Assembly: GCA_964416155.1 (NCBI GenBank)
Contig: CAYQCW010000002.1
Location: forward strand, 44,748-108,747
DNA length: 64,000 nucleotides
Origin: an uncultured Nitrososphaerota archaeon
GTDB taxonomy: Archaea > Thermoproteota > EX4484-205 > JAAOZP01
Direction: 5' to 3'
Below, piece after piece: positions 57,315 to 64,000 of this stretch. Below the pieces are notes generated by a model that was not told the DNA's origin, made no database searches, and worked only from the letters and a program-made list of their open reading frames with translations. Position 1 is the first letter of the stretch. Each line of letters begins with the position of its first letter. Both the position numbers and the translations under genes were made by a program.

Positions 57315-58850
57315 ATGTTTCCAGAGGGTTTTCTCTGGGGGGTTTCAGAAGCAGGCTTCCAGTTTGAAATGGGCAACCCTGTCGGCGAAAACCTGGACCC
57401 GAATACTGACTGGTTTAAATGGGTCCACGATCCAGTAAACTTGAGAAGCAAGATTGTTAGCGGCGATCTTCCTGAGAACGGGGTAGACTACTGGGAGCTT
57501 TACGACGCTGACCATGAGCTTGCTAAGGGACTGGGCATGAATGCTTACAGGCTTGGAGTAGAGTGGAGCAGAATATTTCCCAAGAATACTTTTGAAATCA
57601 GGGTTGACGTGGAGACTAAGCATGAGAGGATAGTTAGAATCGACATCGACGATAAGGCTCTGGAGAGGCTTGAAAACCTGGCTAGCGCGGATGCTTTAAA
57701 CCGTTACGAGAGGATTATTGACAATCTTAGGGAGAAAGGGTTTAAGGTGATAGTATGCTTAAACCACTTCACCCTTCCAATTTGGGTTCACGACCCGATT
57801 GCTGCGAGGGCCTCAGGTTTAAAAAAGGGCCCTAGGGGCTGGTATGATCAGGAGACGATCGTAGAGTTCTCGAAGTATGCTGCATTCTTAGCTTGGAGGC
57901 TTGGAGGTAAGGTTGACATGTGGGCTACTTTCAATGAGCCGAATGTCGTTGCGGAGATGGGCTATTTCATGGCTGGAAGCGGGTTTCCGCCAAGCGTTAG
58001 AACAAACGCTTTAAACTCTTTTAAAAATTTTAAACGTGTCTTGACGAATATGATTGTTGCACATGCAAGGGCTTTCGAAGCCGTGAAGAAGCTTGACTGT
58101 CAACGGGTTGATCCCGATAGTCCACTTTCAGCATCGATAGGCGTTATTCAACACGTCATCCCAGTGATGCCGCTAGACTCTTCCAGAGAGGAGGATTCGC
58201 ATGCTTCACGTTTCCTTAGGCATGTTCACAACAACCTGTTCATACAGGCAGTCTCATCAGGATGGGTTGATACGAATCTCGACATGATTAGGGAGGGTGA
58301 AGAGCTTGAAAAACATCTTGAGGGGAAGCTGGACTGGCTTGGAGTAAACTATTACACGCGGATGGTTGTGAAGGGAAGGAAGTCTCTTCTTGCAAGGCTA
58401 TTCATGGGCATTCAGGGGATTCCGGAGATTATGGAGGGCTACGGCTTAACCTGCAAGGCTAAAGATGTTTCTCGTGACGGTAGGCCCACTTCGGATTTCG
58501 GCTGGGAACTTTACCCGGAGGGGCTTGCGGAGACGCTTGTCGAAATGTCTAAATACGGTAGACCCATGTTCATCACGGAAAACGGTGTCGCCGACTCTGA
58601 AGACACGCTTAGGCCGAGGTATATTGTTGAACACCTGCGGGTTCTCGAGGAGATTGTCAGCAGGAAAAGTGTCGACGTAAGAGGATATTTCCACTGGGCT
58701 TTGACTGACAACTATGAGTGGGCACAGGGGTTCAGCATGAGGTTTGGGCTCTACAGCGTCAACCTGGACACTAAGAAAAGAACCCCTAGGAAAAGCAGTG
58801 TGGAAACCCTTAGAAGGATCGTTCAGAACAGGACGGCGGGCAGCGTATGA
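57315..58850 (+). CDS. GH1 beta-glycosidase (archaeal CelB/LacS type)
   Basis: FPEGFLWG..AGFQFEMG, EWSRIFP, TFNEP, GVNYY, ITENG, DNYEW. Confidence 0.96.
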   Translation: MFPEGFLWGVSEAGFQFEMGNPVGENLDPNTDWFKWVHDPVNLRSKIVSGDLPENGVDYWELYDADHELAKGLGMNAYRLGVEWSRIFPKNTFEIRVDVETKHERIVRIDIDDKALERLENLASADALNRYERIIDNLREKGFKVIVCLNHFTLPIWVHDPIAARASGLKKGPRGWYDQETIVEFSKYAAFLAWRLGGKVDMWATFNEPNVVAEMGYFMAGSGFPPSVRTNALNSFKNFKRVLTNMIVAHARAFEAVKKLDCQRVDPDSPLSASIGVIQHVIPVMPLDSSREEDSHASRFLRHVHNNLFIQAVSSGWVDTNLDMIREGEELEKHLEGKLDWLGVNYYTRMVVKGRKSLLARLFMGIQGIPEIMEGYGLTCKAKDVSRDGRPTSDFGWELYPEGLAETLVEMSKYGRPMFITENGVADSEDTLRPRYIVEHLRVLEEIVSRKSVDVRGYFHWALTDNYEWAQGFSMRFGLYSVNLDTKKRTPRKSSVETLRRIVQNRTAGSV

Positions 58851-58872
58851 TAGTTTCTCCCAGGTTTGGGAA

Positions 58873-59253
58873 ATGAGCAATAGGAAGCCGATCTATGTTA
58901 TTCAAAAGCATGCTGCCACCCACCTCCACTACGACTTAAGGCTTGAAATGGACGGTGTTCTGAAAAGCTGGGCCGTACCCAAGGAGCCGGAGGACAGGCC
59001 TGGTGTGAAAAGACTAGTGATACAGGTTGAGGATCATCCTATAGAATATTCCGAGTTTGAGGGAGTAATACCTGAAGGCCAATATGGCGCGGGCAGGGTT
59101 GAAAAATGGGATTACGGGGATTATGAGCTCGTTAAGAGGACGGATAGAAGCATAGAGGTTGAAATACATGGGAAGCGTCTTAGGGGACGCTTCATCCTGA
59201 TGAGGTTTGAGAAGGCTGGGGAAAAAGCTTGGCTCTTCTTTAAGAAGAAATGA
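58873..59253 (+). CDS. Stand-alone LigD-type DNA 3'-phosphoesterase (PE)
   Basis: YVIQKHAATHLHYDLRLE..GVLKSWAVPK, VEDHP..Y..FEG.IP.GQYGAG. Confidence 0.92.
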   Translation: MSNRKPIYVIQKHAATHLHYDLRLEMDGVLKSWAVPKEPEDRPGVKRLVIQVEDHPIEYSEFEGVIPEGQYGAGRVEKWDYGDYELVKRTDRSIEVEIHGKRLRGRFILMRFEKAGEKAWLFFKKK

Positions 59254-59369
59254 TGATTACCTAGGCATACAGGCTTAACGATTCCAACACTTGAACCCTT
59301 TTCGCCAAAGCTTTCCCCAAGCCAAGTTTTATAACTTTGCATGCGATGAGAAAACGGTGGTTTAAGGAA

Positions 59370-60383
59370 ATGGGGGGAGCAAGGATAATTGGAGAAAGCA
59401 TGGGGAACGCCCCTTGGCAGGATAAGCCTAAGGGCTACGAGGGAGTCATCTGGAGGTATGATAAGAACCCTCTGACCAAGTGGAACCCTACTAGGAGCAC
59501 TGCCAGAGTTTTCAACAGCGCCGTAGTGCCCTTCAGAGGAAAGTTCGCAGGGGTTTTCAGGTCAGACCATAAGGATGGTAAGGCTAGGCTTCACGTTGGT
59601 TGGAGCGACGACGGCATCTCTTGGGATATTGAAGACGAAGTGATCGCGTGGAGGGATATGGAGGGAAGAATATACCAGCCTAACTACGCATACGACCCCA
59701 GGGTTGTTAAAATAGGGGACACGTATTACGTGACGTGGTGCACAGATTTCTACGGCCCCTCTATAGGAGTGGGCTTCACGAAGGATTTCGAAGAGTTCAC
59801 AAGGCTTGAGAACGCTTTCCTCCCTTTTAACAGGAATGGAGTCCTCTTTCCACGGAAAATCAACGGTAAGTACGTGATGCTTTCAAGACCGAGCGACGCT
59901 GGACACACTCCTTTTGGAGACATCTTCCTTAGTGAGAGCCCGGATATGGTGCACTGGGGCAGGCATAGGAGGGTCATGGGTAGAGGAGGCTCAGGCTGGT
60001 GGCAGGGGCTTAAAATAGGCGCCGGCCCCACACCTATTGAGACAACGGAAGGATGGCTTCTCTTCTACCACGGCGTGGTTCTAACGTGCAACGGCTATGT
60101 CTACAGCTGCGGTGCAGCAATACTGGATATAAACACGCCGTCAAAGGTTCTCTACAGGTGTAGAAACTATCTCCTGACGCCGGAGAAAGAATATGAGACA
60201 GTAGGCTTTGTTCCGAACGTGGTTTTCCCCTGTGCAGCCCTAACAGATGCTGAAACCGGGAGAATAGCTCTTTACTATGGTTCTGCAGACACATATGTTT
60301 CGTTGGCGTTCACGCATGTCGACGAGGTGGTGGACTACGTTAAAGAAAACGCGGAGCCTTTTCAGGAGGGAGAGGGAAGATGA
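59370..60383 (+). CDS. GH130 beta-mannoside phosphorylase
   Basis: VFNSAVV, YDPRV, NRNGVLFPRKING, RPSD, KIGAGP, VPNVVFPC, YYGSAD. Confidence 0.93.
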   Translation: MGGARIIGESMGNAPWQDKPKGYEGVIWRYDKNPLTKWNPTRSTARVFNSAVVPFRGKFAGVFRSDHKDGKARLHVGWSDDGISWDIEDEVIAWRDMEGRIYQPNYAYDPRVVKIGDTYYVTWCTDFYGPSIGVGFTKDFEEFTRLENAFLPFNRNGVLFPRKINGKYVMLSRPSDAGHTPFGDIFLSESPDMVHWGRHRRVMGRGGSGWWQGLKIGAGPTPIETTEGWLLFYHGVVLTCNGYVYSCGAAILDINTPSKVLYRCRNYLLTPEKEYETVGFVPNVVFPCAALTDAETGRIALYYGSADTYVSLAFTHVDEVVDYVKENAEPFQEGEGR

Positions 60384-60605
60384 TTCCTCGAGAGACAGAT
60401 GCTTCAAGCCTTTTAGCGAAGCATAGATGTTAAATCCGCAACTTTCATCCTCCAGCATTATATATCAAGTTCTTTTTCCCTAACGATACTCCCTATTATT
60501 AGGGGTTCAAGAGCATGGTGAAGCTGCCCGTCTGAGTTTTGTTTCCCAATAAGCGGTCTCTACACCGACTTTTAAGATTTATTAATTGACGCTTTCTAAA
60601 TCCTG

Positions 60606-61058
60606 ATGATGTTTAAGAGGATTCTGGTTGCCACAGACGGTTCTCCTGCTTCAGACAAGGCTGTTGAAATAGTTTTGAAGATGAAGCTCCAGGATCCAGA
60701 GGTTGAGGTCTCAATACTACATGTTTCCGAGATGCTTTCGAAAACAGTGATTGGGCTTGATTTGGAATCTTCTTCAAGACCCATTGTTCTACCGGATTCA
60801 ACCAAGATGAACATGATCAGGGAGAAGGATGAGATACTGGAGAAAGCCAGAATGCTGGCTGAGGAAATGGGTGTTAAAGTGAGGCTTTTCAGCAGGATCG
60901 GTGACCCTGCTTCAGTCATTATTGAAGAAGCGGAGAAGGGGAACTATGATCTCGTCGTCATAGGGGGCGAGGGACTTGGGAAGTCTGGGCGTATTCTTGG
61001 AAGCGTTGCAAGCAGAGTCGTAAACCGGTTCAGAGGGTCTACACTAGTAGTTAGATGA
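60606..61058 (+). CDS. Universal stress protein
   Basis: FKRILVATDGS, GDPA..I, DLVVIG, LGSVASRVV. Confidence 0.93.
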   Translation: MMFKRILVATDGSPASDKAVEIVLKMKLQDPEVEVSILHVSEMLSKTVIGLDLESSSRPIVLPDSTKMNMIREKDEILEKARMLAEEMGVKVRLFSRIGDPASVIIEEAEKGNYDLVVIGGEGLGKSGRILGSVASRVVNRFRGSTLVVR

Positions 61059-61145
61059 AACTAGAAAAGCCTATTAAGATTCAAACATTCCAGGGTCAAA
61101 TGCTTATTAAACAGTTATATTTGTCTCGCCTCGTCGAAAGCCCGG

Positions 61146-61830
61146 TTGGAGAAAATAAACTCTACATGCATATACTGCGTGGTCGGTTGCAGGCTAAACT
61201 ATGTTGTAGAAAACAATGCTGTCGTAAAAGTTGAGCCCGTTGAAGAGGATGCGGTAAGCGGGGGTTACCCTTGTCTCAGAGGTCTGACTGTTAGCGAAGT
61301 TATCAGCAAAAAACAAGGTTTTAAGGCATTTGATAAGGGAAAATAAGGATGTGATGTTGAGAAAGTTTACAGGGGTGAAGACGATTGGAGAGCGAAGAAA
61401 CCTGTTTTCACGAGATACGTTCCAGTGCATTACGAGTGTGTGGACTATCCCGTAAGCAAGAGACACCCTTATATTCTGGTCGGCGTTAGAACGCCTTTCC
61501 TGTTTCTCCGCAACGAGCTCACATCCCTATCTGAAACCCTGATGAAGGTGAATAAGAAGAATATTGAAGCATGCTACATGAATCCTGAGGATTAAGAGGG
61601 AAAGGGTTTCAGACGGCGAGACGATAATCCTTTCAAGTCCATGCGGCAGCCTTAAAGTCAAGGTTAAGGCGGACATCACAGTTATAAGTGGAACGATAAA
61701 GATGCATATTCACTCTGAGAAAACGCCTGTGAACAAGCTTGTCCCGTTAAACTATACTTTCAACACGTTTACTCCAAACTACAAGTCGGTGGCCGTCGGT
61801 GTGAGAAAGGATTCCTCGCGAAGCCTTTAA
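61146..61830 (+). pseudogene. Formate dehydrogenase alpha-like molybdopterin oxidoreductase relic
   Basis: N-terminal CIYCVVGC...PCLRG Fe-S motif; C-terminal YMNPED / DGETIILSSPCGSLKVKV...NKL...TPNYKSVAV; catalytic core missing; stops and frameshifts. Confidence 0.75.
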
Positions 61831-62702
61831 TACTGGCCTAAGGCTCCTTCCCTTCTAGTCGAATCGTAAGCCTTTTTGAAGACCCATAGTGAAAAAGGTA
61901 ACACTATTATTATGAAGAGTATAAGCTTTAAAGTGTTCTCCATTATCATGGGGCTGTCGAACCCCTCACCGTTCATCAAACACCTTCTCAATCCGTCTAG
62001 AGAGTACGTCAACGGAAACGCGTTTCCAATCCATTTAAGCCAGCCAGGCATCAAACCCAGAGGGTAGAGGACTCCTGAGAAAAGCTGGGTTAACCATGAG
62101 AAAGCCCAGACTATAGGATCACCTTGCTTAAGCTTTAGTATCATTGCAGCCCCGAGAATCCCGATAACCATGTGGCTCGCCACCAGCAGGATGGTTAAGA
62201 CGAATGCGGCGAGAATAGATCCAGGGTTTAAGACAAGCCTTATTCCCAAGAGCATCCCCATGCCGAGTGAAGCAAGCAGGAAGTAGGAGCCTATTATGAA
62301 CCTGAAAGCAGACTCTCCTAGTAGAAAAACCCTGAAGCTTGTGGTTGAAGAAAGTATGGTCTCCATAGTGCCGTTCCACTGCTCCTCCCTTATCGCGTCT
62401 GAAAGACTTGAGACAGAGGTGAAAACGTAATGCTGCACAGATATGCCTATGACTGAGAAAGTCAGGAAGTCTGCAGCATACCCTGCTTCAATCAACGCTT
62501 GTGGAGTAATAATCATCGATACGAAGTAGTATGTTGCCACAAAGGTCAGTGAGCTTAAAATATCCAGCGTTATCCAAAGCTTATACGTCCACCAGATTTT
62601 AAAATCCCGAATTATGAAAGCAACAGCTTTCTCAATGGGCCCAACCCTTCCCCGCGGAATGTTTTCCATCATGTATTTAACAATATCTTCAACCTTCACC
62701 AT
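61827..62702 (-). CDS. ABC-2 type exporter permease
   Basis: EEQWNGTMETIL, FSGVLYP, PLTYSLDGLR. Confidence 0.9.
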   Translation of the reverse strand: MVKVEDIVKYMMENIPRGRVGPIEKAVAFIIRDFKIWWTYKLWITLDILSSLTFVATYYFVSMIITPQALIEAGYAADFLTFSVIGISVQHYVFTSVSSLSDAIREEQWNGTMETILSSTTSFRVFLLGESAFRFIIGSYFLLASLGMGMLLGIRLVLNPGSILAAFVLTILLVASHMVIGILGAAMILKLKQGDPIVWAFSWLTQLFSGVLYPLGLMPGWLKWIGNAFPLTYSLDGLRRCLMNGEGFDSPMIMENTLKLILFIIIVLPFSLWVFKKAYDSTRREGALGQY

Positions 62703-62709
62703 TAACCAC

Positions 62710-63597
62710 CTAGTAGGATGAAGTGGTTCCCTCTCTTCTTATTCTATCGTACCCCCATCCCAGCATCTTTAAACCTAATGGGACAAGTATAACGCTGAAA
62801 ACAGTCAGAACCACAATGTCGGTTAACACGTTAAAGTCGAATACTGAGGCGCCGAGAATCAGAACCCGCCTCATACCGTCTAAAGCATATGTGTATGGAA
62901 AGAGCATCGATAGAAACTGTACAGCTGGAAACGGTTTAAGCAATTCCAGTGGATACAGGACACCGGCGAGAAACTCGTTGACGGCCGCAAGTACGAAGAC
63001 AAGTGGATCCCCCCTCTTGTAAACCATTATTATTCCTGCAGATATCAATCCTATAGCTTGATTTGAAATAAGCATTAACATGAAAATGATTATGAACACT
63101 AATAGCGACTGGGGAGTAAACAGGAGTTTCGCACCAAGCCCATACACTCCAACGATAAAAACTCCAAGCAGGTAGATGAGGCTAACCAGGTATCCGCGTG
63201 CCGTCAAGCCTATGAAGAACATGAGCATGTCAATCGGCGTTACCGCGATTGTTTCAAGAGTTCCCCCTCTTATTTCATGTTGGATCGAATGGCTCAGCCT
63301 CGTTAAGCACGCCCAAAGATAGTTCGAGGTTGCGACTCCAACCAGGGAAAAGGCGAGGTAACTAGTTCCCCAGCCGCTTCGCGAAAGCTGGAGCGGGTCA
63401 ACCTGTAGGCCGACGAAGTAATACATGACTACGGATGCGAGGGTGCTTAACAGGTCCATTATGAGCCAAGACTTATAGGCGAGCATCATCTTAAGCTGGG
63501 CCCAAACCACTGCGAACAGCTGTCTTAAACTAGACTTACTCCGCTTCTCCTCAATCATGAACAGCCTGAGGATTTCAGGCTGATTCATGCTCCTCAC
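62710..63597 (-). CDS. ABC-2 type exporter permease
   Basis: EIRGGTLETI, LAGVLYP, PYTYALDGMR. Confidence 0.9.
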   Translation of the reverse strand: MRSMNQPEILRLFMIEEKRSKSSLRQLFAVVWAQLKMMLAYKSWLIMDLLSTLASVVMYYFVGLQVDPLQLSRSGWGTSYLAFSLVGVATSNYLWACLTRLSHSIQHEIRGGTLETIAVTPIDMLMFFIGLTARGYLVSLIYLLGVFIVGVYGLGAKLLFTPQSLLVFIIIFMLMLISNQAIGLISAGIIMVYKRGDPLVFVLAAVNEFLAGVLYPLELLKPFPAVQFLSMLFPYTYALDGMRRVLILGASVFDFNVLTDIVVLTVFSVILVPLGLKMLGWGYDRIRREGTTSSY

Positions 63598-64000
63598 CGG
63601 TCAGGTTTAAGAATACTTCTTCAAGACTTGGAAGAGCGATTTGAACTCCTATAGTTCTCAACCCGTTGGCGCCGAACGCCTTAGGAATCTCTGACAACGC
63701 CTGCTCCTCGTCTTTAACCTCAGCCCTTATAACAGTGTAGTCTTCCTCGGGCTGAACACTTATAATCCTCCTCACGAATCCTAGCCCCTCTAGGATCCTA
63801 ACCGCCTCATCGGAGGAGCCGCGGAACCTTATTTCAACACCCCTATACTTCCTCGTTATTTCGCTCAGCCGGAGCGGCGTGTCAACCGCAATAACCTTTC
63901 CCTTGCTCATCACAGCGATCCTGTCGCAAAGCCTTTCAGCCTCAAAAATATTGTGGGTTGTGAAAACTATGGTTTTACGAAGTACCTTGCAAAGAGCCTG
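63575..64000 (-). CDS. ABC exporter ATP-binding protein (3' part; start outside the window)
   Basis: TIVFTTHNIFEAERLCDRIAVMSKGK (H-loop) upstream of the annotated ORF; C-terminal PSLEEVFL. Confidence 0.9.
   Translation of the reverse strand, partial: QALCKVLRKTIVFTTHNIFEAERLCDRIAVMSKGKVIAVDTPLRLSEITRKYRGVEIRFRGSSDEAVRILEGLGFVRRIISVQPEEDYTVIRAEVKDEEQALSEIPKAFGANGLRTIGVQIALPSLEEVFLNLTGEEHESA

Noticed and set aside
1-64000. CRISPR array, rRNA, integrase/provirus, and the many long antisense ORFs in the track
   Set aside because: No periodic repeat-spacer pattern, rRNA signature or recombinase seen; antisense ORFs (e.g. 14899-15468, 40519-41181) are shadows of well-supported genes.

Overview
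Archaeal chromosomal DNA: archaeal-type TyrRS, Trm5, XPD and aGTPBP, TATA/BRE-like promoters, and a crenactin gene point to a TACK/Thermoproteota-like lineage (inference). The window mixes housekeeping genes (tyrS, ybaK, pyrG, rsmA, xpd, sufS/sufU, trm5) with carbohydrate-use genes (GH4, GH20-like, GH1, GH130, PfkB), redox genes, transporters, a VapBC pair, surface proteins and many decayed pseudogenes. Best candidate for an undescribed system is a co-oriented cassette at 3444-8591: Lrp-HTH/V4R regulator, single-domain KaiC ATPase, GH3 acyl-amido synthetase, and a 7TM sensor ending in an inactive KaiC-like (DUF835-type) domain. It looks like a signal synthase plus receptor plus transducer plus regulator, with a CGACA repeat array upstream. 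Other highlights: a crenactin + arcadin-2 pair, an orphan TPP riboswitch with no downstream gene, a recurrent GCGCGCGC(TA) motif at pseudogene breakpoints, and a relic duplicate of the ybaK/tyrS locus. I saw no rRNA, tRNA or CRISPR array. All family assignments come from motifs recognised by eye; no database searches were run.
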